From: Chthonomonadales bacterium
GTDB taxonomy: Bacteria > Armatimonadota > Chthonomonadetes > Chthonomonadales > CAJBBX01
DNA length: 64,000 nucleotides
Reading direction: 5' to 3'
NCBI GenBank assembly: GCA_049967475.1
Contig: JBMFSQ010000001.1
Location: 253,077-317,076, forward strand
This document shows, piece by piece, positions 19,738 to 29,180 of the stretch (within the stretch, counting starts at the first letter, position 1; every line of letters begins with the position of its first letter). The translations under genes were made by a program, and so were the position numbers. A model generated the notes under the pieces. That model made no database searches. It was not told the DNA's origin and saw nothing but the letters and a program-made list of their open reading frames with translations.

Positions 19738-21510
19738 TCATCTCGGCGCTGACGACGCATGGCTGGGCCGGACCGGCAATTCGTAGGCTCTGTGGTGGCC
19801 TTCGGTAATCTGGTAATGCGCGTTGCACGTAAGGTTGTGAAACATTTGGCGCAAGCCGCTCGGCCAGCGGATGGTAACCACGTCCACCCGTGAGGCTCCT
19901 CCGAGCCCGAAGTAGACGCGCCGATCACTGGTGGACAAGTAGCTGCTGCCTCCTCGAACGGAAGCCCGTTGGTGCACGGAGCCCGCCGCCACGGTAACCT
20001 CTGCCCCGATGGCATCCTTGTTGCTTGACACTCCTGTGAGCCGGAACGAAATCCAGTGGTTGTGGCCGTGATATTCGTTGTGGAAGAGTTCTGCATCATC
20101 GTTCTGGTTGTTCACGAGAACATCCAGCCGGCCATCGTTGTCATAGTCTCCGATTGCCAGTCCCCGCGATACCCGTGGTGTCAACAAGTCCCCAAGGAGG
20201 GCCGGATCGGTTACCTCGGTGAAGGTTCCGTCGCCATTGTTGTGCATCAGCTGTTTCGGTTCGGCGTATGTTACTCCGTCTGTTTGAGCGTCGGCGTGGA
20301 TCTGCACGTGGCCATCGGCGATAAAAAGATCTGGCCAGCTGTCTGCATCATAGTCCAGGAACTCGCAACCGAACGAAAGGAACCGCATGTGAGGTTGGGC
20401 TACGCCTGCCGGCATGCCGACGTCATCGAAGCGCCGACCGTCTATATTCCGGAACAGGGCATTGGGCATTCCCGAGAAGTTGGTAACAAAGATGCTCTCT
20501 CGGCCGCTGTGGTCGTAGTCGGCGATGCCTATCCCCATGCCGGCCATTTCGTTCGCATCGCCGCTCATGGCGCATCCGGTTTCCATGGCGACGTCTGTAA
20601 AGGTTCCATTGCGATTGTTGCGCCACAGGAACGCAGGGGTCAGGTCGTTAGCCACAAAGATGTCTGGCCAGCCGTCTCCGTTGTAGTCAATCCATGCGGC
20701 CGAGAGACCCCTGCCTCTACCCGTCCCGATGCCGCTCTCCGCGCTTACGTTCCTGAAATGACCGTGGTCGTTATGATAGAGCACGTGCGTGTCGGGATCA
20801 TAGATCTGAGGAGAACAGTAGTCCCGCCTCCCAGCGGGATCTTTGCATGGTTTGTCGGTGGCGGGAGACCATGGCGTGTAGTAGCAGACGTAAAGGTCCA
20901 ACCAGCCGTCTCGGTCGTAATCGCCCCACGCAGCGCTCGTAGCATATCCCGTGCTGTGAACTCCGTCTAGACCTGCAGCCTTCGTGACGTCTGTGAAACG
21001 CCCGCTGCCATGTTCGTTGCGAAGAAGGTGGTTGCCACCGTATGCGGTAATAAACAAGTCGTCAAATCCATCGTTATCAAAATCACCCACAGCAACGCCT
21101 TGCGCATATCCCAGGTCGCGGTCCAGCCCGGAACCAGTGGTTACATCCGTGAAGGTCCCATCGCCATTGTTATGGTACAGGTGGCTGGAAGGTCGAGCGC
21201 GGGTCAGCGGCGTACCCGGTGATGGGCCGGCCTGGATCAATAGGATATCCGGCCAGCCGTCGTTGTCGTAGTCAAGGAAGGCACAGCCGGCTGGAGTGCT
21301 CTCTACGAAGGCATAGCGCTGAGCCTCGGCGCCGTTCGTGAGCCGAAAGCGAATGCCGCACGTCTGGGCGACGTTGCGGAAGAGGGCATTGTCGCTCGCA
21401 CGCGCCGACACCGTGCGTCCATTAGCTCGCGCAAGCCCGGACACGGTGCAGCCTGCCAGGGGCAGTGTGAGAAGGCACTCGGCTATAACCTGCCTCCAGT
21501 GCTTCACCAC
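19738..21510 (-). CDS. CRTAC1/ASPIC-UnbV family FG-GAP (VCBS) repeat protein, probable lipoprotein
   Basis: LPLAGC lipobox, about 7 DYDNDG/DFDNDG repeats and C-terminal ASPIC/UnbV (GGSSYLS...VYFGLG...IRWPSG). Confidence 0.92.
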   Translation of the reverse strand: MVKHWRQVIAECLLTLPLAGCTVSGLARANGRTVSARASDNALFRNVAQTCGIRFRLTNGAEAQRYAFVESTPAGCAFLDYDNDGWPDILLIQAGPSPGTPLTRARPSSHLYHNNGDGTFTDVTTGSGLDRDLGYAQGVAVGDFDNDGFDDLFITAYGGNHLLRNEHGSGRFTDVTKAAGLDGVHSTGYATSAAWGDYDRDGWLDLYVCYYTPWSPATDKPCKDPAGRRDYCSPQIYDPDTHVLYHNDHGHFRNVSAESGIGTGRGRGLSAAWIDYNGDGWPDIFVANDLTPAFLWRNNRNGTFTDVAMETGCAMSGDANEMAGMGIGIADYDHSGRESIFVTNFSGMPNALFRNIDGRRFDDVGMPAGVAQPHMRFLSFGCEFLDYDADSWPDLFIADGHVQIHADAQTDGVTYAEPKQLMHNNGDGTFTEVTDPALLGDLLTPRVSRGLAIGDYDNDGRLDVLVNNQNDDAELFHNEYHGHNHWISFRLTGVSSNKDAIGAEVTVAAGSVHQRASVRGGSSYLSTSDRRVYFGLGGASRVDVVTIRWPSGLRQMFHNLTCNAHYQITEGHHRAYELPVRPSHASSAPR

Positions 21511-21516
21511 GGGTGG

Positions 21517-22710
21517 CTAGTCTCCTCCCGTTACGCCGGCGTAGGCGGCGCCACCGGCACGATTGGCCAGAGTTGTGCGTGCATCCGCCTCGCCATTCGT
21601 AGCCGCGTCAAGTTTTCTCAAGGCTGCCAGGACGCGGGTGTCTGCTGGTTTCAGTTCCAAACAATGGGTCAAGGCTGCCCGGGCCAAATGGTAATTTCCT
21701 TGCTCCAGGGCAAGGTTCGCAAGCCGCATGCTGAGGTCGAAATTGCCTGGATCCACAGCACACTTCTTGGTAAGGCTGCTCTCCATCTGGCCGAGTTCCC
21801 AAAGGTGTTGGAAGCGCTCACGCGCGGCCTGGGCACGGCGCGCGTCGCCTAGCGCCTGATAGACCATGGCAAGCTCGTAGAACACATCCCGCTTCCCGGG
21901 AGCAAGACGCGCTGAAGTTTCGAGCTCGAGGAGTGCATGCTGCAGGTTACCATTGCGGCGATATAATTTGCCAAGGTAAAGGCGTGGAAAAGGCGCGAGC
22001 GGGTTAATCCGGAGGGACTGCATAAGTTCTTCTTCCGAGCGTTGGGAGCCCTGGCGGCTTGGGTCGGCTTCGAAGTCGCACATTCCCAGTAAAGCCCATG
22101 CCTCCGCATTCTGGGGGTTGCGCTGCAAGATGCTGGCCAGTACCGGACGCGCTTCGCGGTGGAGGTGTCGGAATGCCAGATTTTCTGCGAGCAGCTTGAG
22201 CACTACTTCGTCATGGGGGTCGGAAGCCAGCATCCGGCGCAGGTAGGTTGCCTCTTGGTTGACCTGGCCCATTCTTGAGAGGAGCAGCGCGCACACGATC
22301 AAGGCTGTTTGGTCGTTCGGATCGCGTTTGAGTACCTCTTGGGCGTTGCGGAGCGCCCCTTGTTCGTCACCCGCGCGAAAGAGGCTGGCCGCCAGCCGGC
22401 TCTGGAAGTGCGCGTTCCCCGGATCCAGCCGGTGGAGCACTTGGAAGGCGCCGGCAGCGGCGGCCCAATTATCGGTCGCCATATAGAGCTCGCCCAAAGC
22501 TTCCCAGGCAGCCCGTTCGGCAGGAGCCAGTTTGGTTGCCGCCAGCCACTGTTGCTCCGCCTTTCTAGCCTGGCCGAGCGCAGCATAGTGCGCTCCCGCT
22601 CGTAGGTACCTCCGGATCGGTTCGTCGTGCCTTCGGCGAACAATCACCACTGCCCACGCTGCTGCTGCCGCTGCCACCAACACGACGGTTAGCCATTGTT
22701 TCCATTGCAT
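21517..22710 (-). CDS. Membrane-anchored tetratricopeptide repeat protein
   Basis: N-terminal TM and multiple TPR units (APAERAAWEALGELY, NPQNAEAWALLG, NPLAPFPRLYLG). Confidence 0.85.
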   Translation of the reverse strand: MQWKQWLTVVLVAAAAAAWAVVIVRRRHDEPIRRYLRAGAHYAALGQARKAEQQWLAATKLAPAERAAWEALGELYMATDNWAAAAGAFQVLHRLDPGNAHFQSRLAASLFRAGDEQGALRNAQEVLKRDPNDQTALIVCALLLSRMGQVNQEATYLRRMLASDPHDEVVLKLLAENLAFRHLHREARPVLASILQRNPQNAEAWALLGMCDFEADPSRQGSQRSEEELMQSLRINPLAPFPRLYLGKLYRRNGNLQHALLELETSARLAPGKRDVFYELAMVYQALGDARRAQAARERFQHLWELGQMESSLTKKCAVDPGNFDLSMRLANLALEQGNYHLARAALTHCLELKPADTRVLAALRKLDAATNGEADARTTLANRAGGAAYAGVTGGD

Positions 22711-22752
22711 CGTGTGCGTCGCCCTCTACGAAGGGGGTAGTATCGGCTCCCT

Positions 22753-22965
22753 TCAGTGAGGAGCGCCAGGCTGTCCTGCGCCGCGGTAAAGGCGCATGCC
22801 TTCTTCTTTTGTCCGTGGGGGGTGGGTTACGTTCATCGAAAGACCTGGGGATGTGTCCACTACAAAGGGACCGGCGAAGTAATGGCGCCACAGGAAGAAC
22901 CCTATGATCCCCAGGACTATCACAGCGATGGCGATGGCGGCAGGAGCGGAGATATTCTGTTTCAC
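22753..22965 (-). CDS. Small single-pass membrane protein (about 70 aa)
   Basis: GGAGG RBS before GTG 22965; one strong TM (AAIAIAVIVLGIIGFFLW). Confidence 0.7.
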   Translation of the reverse strand: MKQNISAPAAIAIAVIVLGIIGFFLWRHYFAGPFVVDTSPGLSMNVTHPPRTKEEGMRLYRGAGQPGAPH

Positions 22966-23050
22966 AGTGCGCCTCCATTGGTTCGGTGCGGGTGGCGATG
23001 AACATCGGACGTCCATCGTGCAGCCGTCACAAAGGCTTGTTTGTGGTAAT

Positions 23051-23102
23051 GGGAGCGGCCGCTGTTCCCCAAATCCTGACCAAATGGGAGCAGCGGCCGT
23101 TC
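23051..23102. terminator. GC-rich stem-loop between DUF1559 prepilin and downstream small gene
   Basis: GAGCGGCCGCTGTTCCC pairs with GGGAGCAGCGGCCGTTC; no U-tract, so it may be a stabilising or attenuating hairpin. Confidence 0.55.
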
Positions 23103-23104
23103 GG

Positions 23105-23995
23105 CTACTTCAGATCGTAACAGACGTCCGTAATGGTTCGCGTGTCGCCCCAGGTGTAATGGACCTGGTTCTTTGAAGCATCCACGTCGGTATTAGGATC
23201 CAGCGACCACTGGTTCTGCTTCAGCGGAAGCACGGTTTGAGCCCAGCGGCGAACCTTGGCATGGCCGTCCCAGAATGTGAAGTTGGCAACCTGGCCCGGC
23301 CCGCTCGGATAGGTGGTGCGGTGACCCATGAGCCCCTTATGCTGCTGGTTGGGGTCATTGTCTCCCCCGTCGCAGCCGCCGGAGCCCGGGCTCCACCCGG
23401 CCCATCCGATGTGGACGTCGGCGTCGTCCCAGGCAACCTCACCGATGGCAATTGTGTCTGCCGGGCGTACCAAGCGGGCATCGGAGAGCGGGGACGTATC
23501 CGTCCACGCGGAGGCGCCCCAATCCGTGCCGTAGTTCACCGGCAACCACGTAGTGACCGTGCTGTTCATGCCGTAGCCGATCGGCATCAGGCTGTCCGCC
23601 TCGAACATCCATCTTTCACCCTGTCCGTTTGGGTTCTGGGTGGCCTTGTTCCCTGGGGTCAGCTTCGCATACGGGTTTGAGGGACATGCAAAGATCTGTT
23701 TGTTCTTGATGTAGGGCATGACAACGTTCTTCCAGATCAGACCTTTGTTGAGGTCGCCGTTGCCCGGTGCCCAAATGCGGATGTTGGGGTACGTCTCGTC
23801 GTAATCCTGGCCGTACATACGCAGCGCAGTGCCGAGTTGACGCATATTCGAGAGGCAGGAGGTCATGCGAGCGCTTTCCCGTGCTTGGGCAAACACGGGA
23901 AACAAAATTGCGGCCAATATCGCGATTATCGCGATCACAACCAGCAGCTCGATCAACGTAAATGCCCGGCCGCCTGATTTTCGGGTTTCTGTCAT
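23105..23995 (-). CDS. DUF1559-type prepilin N-terminal cleavage/methylation protein with H-Xn-DG C-terminal motif
   Basis: [43 protein letters not shown] and [11 protein letters not shown]. Confidence 0.92.
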   Translation of the reverse strand: MTETRKSGGRAFTLIELLVVIAIIAILAAILFPVFAQARESARMTSCLSNMRQLGTALRMYGQDYDETYPNIRIWAPGNGDLNKGLIWKNVVMPYIKNKQIFACPSNPYAKLTPGNKATQNPNGQGERWMFEADSLMPIGYGMNSTVTTWLPVNYGTDWGASAWTDTSPLSDARLVRPADTIAIGEVAWDDADVHIGWAGWSPGSGGCDGGDNDPNQQHKGLMGHRTTYPSGPGQVANFTFWDGHAKVRRWAQTVLPLKQNQWSLDPNTDVDASKNQVHYTWGDTRTITDVCYDLK

Positions 23996-24133
23996 GGTTC
24001 CGTTCTCCGTTAATTCGAGAGGTCACAACACCGTAGCCCGAACCGGGGCATCGCTGCAGGTATTACGCAAGTTTTCTTTCCCTAATCACCCCCTCTTCGT
24101 GCCGATTTCCGCATCCGAGCGCGGAATGCCTTT

Positions 24134-24162
24134 TATATATCAGGAAAGCTGACGCCTGCCAA
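24134..24162 (-). promoter_or_regulatory. Candidate sigma70 promoter for the prepilin cassette
   Basis: TTGGCA-N17-TATATA with extended TG on the minus strand; imperfect -10. Confidence 0.35.
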
Positions 24163-24245
24163 GCGGAAGATGGCGGCTTATTCATCCGAGATTGCCGGTA
24201 TTCGCAGACCCTCGAGAGGAACCCCACGGCATCTGCAAGGCGGTG

Positions 24246-25559
24246 TCAGTCCATCAGGTTTGGATTGGCGCGGTTGCGGCGGATGATCGTGTTGATGCGG
24301 CGGGCGATGTTCTCCGCAGCTTGTGAGGGCGTTATCTCCCCTTGCCAGATGCGGTCACACTCAGCATCCCGGATGGTGTCCACGTCCAGTTGCTGTACCC
24401 ATGGCGACTGCTGCTTGAGGCGTGCATAGCGCATCTCGGTGAGGTACAGGCGGTTATGGCGTTCGTGGGGATAGTGGGGGTTAAACAGGAAACGAGGAGT
24501 GAAGCAGAAGCTGCGCACACTGGGGATGCCGTCGCCGTAATCGGCCACCAGCAGCTCATCCTTCGGTCCGATGAGGTGCCGCAGGAATTCGAAGGCCCAA
24601 TGCTTCTTGCGCGATGTGCGTGGAATGGCGTAGATCTTGCTCTCCAGCATGCCTACGCGGTACTTTCCGTGGGGCACCGGTGCAATGTCCCAGTCCAGAT
24701 CGGGGTTCTTGCGCCATTCGATGCTCAGCCAGCGGCCCGTGATGATCATGGCAGCTTTCTCGGCCTTGAAGAGGTTCTGGGAGCCGCCCCAACCTCCCAG
24801 CGGAGCCATGCTTTGCTCCTCGGTGGCGCTGGGAGCCACGTGGTACTTTTGGCGCAAAGCCGCCCACCACTCGAAGGCCGACTTGGCTTCCGGTGTGTCC
24901 AGCATGCAGCGGGTTCCGTCGGAGTTGTACCAACTTCCGCCTGCCTGCCACACGAACATCTCCGTCAAGTATGTGGGAGGAAGAACGGTGCCGAATTGCA
25001 GAAAGCGACCGGCAGCGTCGCGGCGGGTAAGGCGTTGGGCGGCTGCGGTGAATTCGTCCCAGGTCCATGAACCATGGGGTTCCTCCACGCCGGCTTCACG
25101 GAACAGGCGCCGGTTATAGAACAGAACGTAGGCCCCGCAATTGTCCGGAAAGCCCAAGATGCGGCCGTGTGCCCGATCCCCATGTTCGTAGATGTATCCG
25201 TCCAGTTGAGGCCAGAAGGCGTTCATGTCAATTCCATAGCGGGCCACCCACGGGCGCAAGTCCTCCAGAACGTCCTTCTGGGCGAACATAGCCACGCTCT
25301 GGGGTGAATAGATGGCGAAAACATCCGGGGGGACGCCTCCGGCGAGTTGTGTGAGCACGCGTTGAGGGTCCGCACCGGGGTCGTTGATCACATGAACGTT
25401 GGGAAAGTCTTCGTTGAATATGCGGATTTGCAGGGGCCGGATCGGGCTGGGATCCACCACCCAGCGAATGGTGTTGGGATCATCGTCGGGGCGGCCGCAT
25501 GCTGCCAGGAGTAGAGCCGTTGGACACGCTGCCAGAAGCTGCCTGCGCGTAATGCTCAT
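24246..25559 (-). CDS. Carbohydrate ABC transporter substrate-binding lipoprotein
   Basis: TRRQLL...LAAC twin-Arg/lipobox; LFYNRRLFREAGV, WTWDEF and DWDIAPVP (SBP family 1). Confidence 0.9.
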   Translation of the reverse strand: MSITRRQLLAACPTALLLAACGRPDDDPNTIRWVVDPSPIRPLQIRIFNEDFPNVHVINDPGADPQRVLTQLAGGVPPDVFAIYSPQSVAMFAQKDVLEDLRPWVARYGIDMNAFWPQLDGYIYEHGDRAHGRILGFPDNCGAYVLFYNRRLFREAGVEEPHGSWTWDEFTAAAQRLTRRDAAGRFLQFGTVLPPTYLTEMFVWQAGGSWYNSDGTRCMLDTPEAKSAFEWWAALRQKYHVAPSATEEQSMAPLGGWGGSQNLFKAEKAAMIITGRWLSIEWRKNPDLDWDIAPVPHGKYRVGMLESKIYAIPRTSRKKHWAFEFLRHLIGPKDELLVADYGDGIPSVRSFCFTPRFLFNPHYPHERHNRLYLTEMRYARLKQQSPWVQQLDVDTIRDAECDRIWQGEITPSQAAENIARRINTIIRRNRANPNLMD

Positions 25560-27052
25560 GACGTCGTACCGTTGCCTGCTGTCCGTTCGGAGGCTTTGAT
25601 GCGGGCAAGGCGCTGCGCCTCGGAACTCTCTTTATAATACGGGTCCAGTGGATAGCATCCGGAGATGAGGCCGTGACGGGGTGCGGTGGTGCAGTCGCTG
25701 AAGGTGCGGCATAGGCGCTTGTGGTTGATCGCGCCGCGTTCCAGCAAGTCGCCGGGCAGTTCCGGATACGCCAGGAGCATCCGGCCAAGTCCCACGAAGT
25801 CCGTCCATCCTTCACGCACGGCTGCTTGGGCCACGTTGGGAAGAAACTCCTGCAGGTATGTGTATCCCGTACCTACGAAGGTGATATTCGGCGCAGCGGC
25901 CTTGAGCATAGCCGTCACGGTAAGATGGCGGGCGACGCCGATGATAGGATCCTCGGGGGGAAGATACGCGTCGGACGGCGGGTAGAGGGCCGGCCTCTGT
26001 ATGTGGGGGTTCGTGTAGGGGCATCCTCCCGTGATGTTCACGAGGGAAATGCCAAGCTCTTGGAACAATCCCATCAATTCCGCAGGTTCCGCGAGGTCTA
26101 TATCTGTGGGCCGTTCGGCGTCCACCCCGAAGCCGTATTCGTAGGGCATGGCATCACAATAGTCGTCGGGAATGCCTGGGCCAGGGCGCCCGGGTTTGGA
26201 CCGTTCCGGATCGGGGTGAAACGGAACGGTATCGAAGGCGCTGAGGCGTACCGCGATGCCAAGGGTGGGAGCGTGCGACCGGATGCCTTCCACCACCTCT
26301 GCCAGAAAGCGCGTGCGGTTCCGGAGGCTGCCGCCATAGGCTCCGGGCCGCGTCTTGGCGCTGAGGAACTCATGCCCAAGGTAGCCGTGGCAGTGCTTGA
26401 TGTCTACAAAGTCAAAGCCGCATTTCCATGCCAGCATTGCTGCCTGCACAAAGCTCTCGATGATGGCCCGCACATCTCCGTCGGTCAACACCGGGTAATC
26501 GTCCCCCAAGCCCATGCGCCTGTCGAGGAGTGGGTGATGGTAGAGGATGCGGGGCTCCGGGCGATCGAAGGAATTGGGCCGGGCGTATCGGCCGGAGTGG
26601 GTGAGTTGAATGCCCACAAGCAGGTCGTCGGCGGTGCCGAAGCACGCCTTGTGCGATTGAACGAGGGTCTCCCGGAGGCGCGCAATCTCTGCTGCCGTGC
26701 GGGGAGTGAGAAGGAGTTGGCGCGGGTTCGCGCGTCCGTCGTGGCGAACGGCTACGGCCTCACCACCCCAAATCAGTTTCGCTCCGCTTTCGCCGAAGCG
26801 CTTCCAGCGGCGGAAGGTATGTTCCGTGGGCCGGCCGTCGGGTGTGCCGTCCCAACCTTCCATCGGTTGGGCAGCGAAACGGTTGCCCAGGGTACGCCGG
26901 AACACGGTAGCGGGCCAGGCGAGCGGCGATGAGGCGCGATCCTGCACTTCACCGTCGCAGGGGATCTCCGCGCCGAGGTTCTGAAGGGCCTGGCGGAAGG
27001 CTGCCACGTTGGGAAGGGTTCCGATTTTGATGAATGGTCCCCGCATATTCAA
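25556..27052 (-). CDS. NADH:flavin oxidoreductase (Old Yellow Enzyme family) with C-terminal Cys motif
   Basis: QPMEGWDG, QLTHSGR, DIKHCHGYLGHEFLS, YGGSLRNRTRF and CRTFSDC..GC. Confidence 0.88.
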   Translation of the reverse strand: MNMRGPFIKIGTLPNVAAFRQALQNLGAEIPCDGEVQDRASSPLAWPATVFRRTLGNRFAAQPMEGWDGTPDGRPTEHTFRRWKRFGESGAKLIWGGEAVAVRHDGRANPRQLLLTPRTAAEIARLRETLVQSHKACFGTADDLLVGIQLTHSGRYARPNSFDRPEPRILYHHPLLDRRMGLGDDYPVLTDGDVRAIIESFVQAAMLAWKCGFDFVDIKHCHGYLGHEFLSAKTRPGAYGGSLRNRTRFLAEVVEGIRSHAPTLGIAVRLSAFDTVPFHPDPERSKPGRPGPGIPDDYCDAMPYEYGFGVDAERPTDIDLAEPAELMGLFQELGISLVNITGGCPYTNPHIQRPALYPPSDAYLPPEDPIIGVARHLTVTAMLKAAAPNITFVGTGYTYLQEFLPNVAQAAVREGWTDFVGLGRMLLAYPELPGDLLERGAINHKRLCRTFSDCTTAPRHGLISGCYPLDPYYKESSEAQRLARIKASERTAGNGTTS

Positions 27053-28311
27053 TCGCCCGAACCCGCTTGTTCATTCCGCGCCAAAGCCGCCGGTTCCTCC
27101 GACAGGGTCCATGACACAGCCCAGGCGCCGGCCAGGAGCGACGCGCCGATCCAGAATGGCAGAGCGAGGCTGATCTGCGCAGCGCGCGCTCCCGTGAGGG
27201 GGCCCAGGAACCAGGATAGCTGCTGGGGCAAGAGGCTCAGGTTCAGCACGTGGGCCCGCTTCTCTGTTGGGGTGTAGAGCGCCAGAAGCGTGATGGACAG
27301 TGCCCCGAGGCCGGGTTGCACGAACCCCTGCAAGCCTCGCCAGACTGCTACCTGAAGCACGCTTCGGGCGGCTGCCTGCCCTGCAAGGGCCAGCCCGATG
27401 CCCAAGGTGCACGCTTGCAAGACGCGCAGGTGGCCGGCTCGGTCGCCCAACATTCCCCAAAAAGGAGTTCCCACTGCCATTGCCACGCCGGAGGCGCTCA
27501 GGATGGCGCCAATGACCTCGGCGGGGGATGCGCCGCGATACAATCGCTGGATGAGGATCGGTACATAAGGCTGGGCCATACTCGTGCCGTAGGAGGCCAC
27601 GAAGACTGCCAGGAACAAGGGCAGCACGCGGGGGGTGCCGGCCACAGACGCCATAGCCTGGAAGACTCCCTGCGGGCGGGACTCGGCGGCCCCAGCGGGG
27701 TGAGGCTCGTCGTGAAGGAACAGGATGAGGGCGCACACAACCAGCATTGTGAGAGCGGCATCCGCGTAGAGCAGCACGCGCAAGGAAGCCCGGTGCGCAA
27801 CGATGCCGCCCAGGTAAGGGCCCACCGCCATTCCTATGGGCGAACCCGCGCTGATGAGGGCGACGGTCCTGCCGAGGCGTTCTCGAGGAGTGATCTCCGC
27901 CTGCAGAGCCATCATGATGCCTGTGTTGCCGAACACAAAACCGCTCAAGAGGCGCGCGCAGGCCAACATCCCTACACTTGTGCTGGCGCCCGAAAGCGCG
28001 TAGATGAGCGCCGCTACGAAGCTGCTGCGCACAATCATCAACTTCCGCCCGAAGCGATCGGCCCATACGCCCCAAAAGGGCAGGAGCGGAAGCCCGATGA
28101 CGAAGCCGAGCGACGAGAGGATGCCCGTCCAAAACGGGATCGCTCCTGGAGGGACATTCAGTTCACGCTGGAGGAACAGGGGTGTGAAGGCGCCGAGATG
28201 GCCGAAGGCCAGGGCTTCCACGAAGCTCGTCACGGCAAAAAGGAACGTTGTGTGCCGCCAATTGTTGCGATGGGACACGGATAGAGGATCTGGCATTGGC
28301 GATCTCGACAC
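27049..28311 (-). CDS. MFS transporter (DHA1/MdtG-like)
   Basis: PFWGVWADRFGRKLMIVRS and PFWGMLGDRAG; about 12 TM. Confidence 0.88.
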   Translation of the reverse strand: MSRSPMPDPLSVSHRNNWRHTTFLFAVTSFVEALAFGHLGAFTPLFLQRELNVPPGAIPFWTGILSSLGFVIGLPLLPFWGVWADRFGRKLMIVRSSFVAALIYALSGASTSVGMLACARLLSGFVFGNTGIMMALQAEITPRERLGRTVALISAGSPIGMAVGPYLGGIVAHRASLRVLLYADAALTMLVVCALILFLHDEPHPAGAAESRPQGVFQAMASVAGTPRVLPLFLAVFVASYGTSMAQPYVPILIQRLYRGASPAEVIGAILSASGVAMAVGTPFWGMLGDRAGHLRVLQACTLGIGLALAGQAAARSVLQVAVWRGLQGFVQPGLGALSITLLALYTPTEKRAHVLNLSLLPQQLSWFLGPLTGARAAQISLALPFWIGASLLAGAWAVSWTLSEEPAALARNEQAGSGD

Positions 28312-28375
28312 GGCCGGCGAGTTGCGAGGCGGCGTGGTCCTAGTACCGGGATGCGTGCGGCATCACGGCGACCGC

Positions 28376-29158
28376 CTAGCGCACGTGGAGCGTATTCTGC
28401 AGAAGCTTTACCAGGTTAGGCGGCCCGAATGCGAAGTGCCGATCGGTTCGCCGCATCCGTATCAGTTCCGGGATATCGCCGGGCGAGCCGTCCAGATATT
28501 CGAAGATGCAGCCCACTTCCGCTCCGATGCAAAAGGCGGCCGCCATATCCACGATGCCTTCATGAAGTCCTACAGTACCACACAGGCTGCCGCATGCCGT
28601 GTAGGCCAATTCTGTTGCGATGCTCCCCAAGCATCTGAGGCGACCGGACACGGCCTCTGTATTAAGAGTTTTGAGTGCGTTGCTTGTAAGGCAGAGGGTG
28701 TCCTCCAAATGAACGGCAGAGCGATCCGGAACAGGCGGAAGCCTGTGCCCATTGCGGTAGGCGCCCTTGCCGCGAACTGCCCAGAAGAGATCCTCCAACA
28801 CCGGAAGGTAGATGACGCCGAGTACGGGGACGCCATTCTCCAACAGTCCCAGGGACACGCCCCAGTGGGGAAGGCCCCAAACGAAGTTGGTTGTTCCGTC
28901 TATGGGATCGCATGCCCACACGAGCGCGGCGCCTTCCCGCTGCATTCCATACTCTTCACCCAGGAAGGTGCTGCCCGGAAGGAGCTTTTCCGCGTGCTCC
29001 GCCAGGAAGCGCTCAGTGGATAGGTCCACATCCGTCACATAGCTCTCGTCTGCTTTGAGCGAAGGGGTTACGTCGCCCCATCGTTGGCGGGCCCGTCGCC
29101 CGGCTTCCACCACCAGGCGCGTAATTTCCTCTACATTTAGGCGATCTGCTGCGGTCAT
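28376..29158 (-). CDS. Inositol monophosphatase family protein
   Basis: LGEE, WACDPIDGTTNF, LRCLGS and DMAAA. Confidence 0.9.
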   Translation of the reverse strand: MTAADRLNVEEITRLVVEAGRRARQRWGDVTPSLKADESYVTDVDLSTERFLAEHAEKLLPGSTFLGEEYGMQREGAALVWACDPIDGTTNFVWGLPHWGVSLGLLENGVPVLGVIYLPVLEDLFWAVRGKGAYRNGHRLPPVPDRSAVHLEDTLCLTSNALKTLNTEAVSGRLRCLGSIATELAYTACGSLCGTVGLHEGIVDMAAAFCIGAEVGCIFEYLDGSPGDIPELIRMRRTDRHFAFGPPNLVKLLQNTLHVR

Positions 29159-29180
29159 AGCTGGCTTTTCGGCGGAGGAT

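Noticed and set aside
19619..19828. Apparent 90-nt overlap between the ASPIC gene and the downstream TPR ORF
   Set aside because: Artefact of taking the most upstream start; the TM-bearing protein more plausibly starts at 19618
25721..26932. 403-aa plus-strand ORF, and similar long shadow ORFs at 40591-42186, 54632-55816, 57585-59324 and 38438-39649
   Set aside because: Each lies antisense to a well-supported gene and translates to featureless sequence
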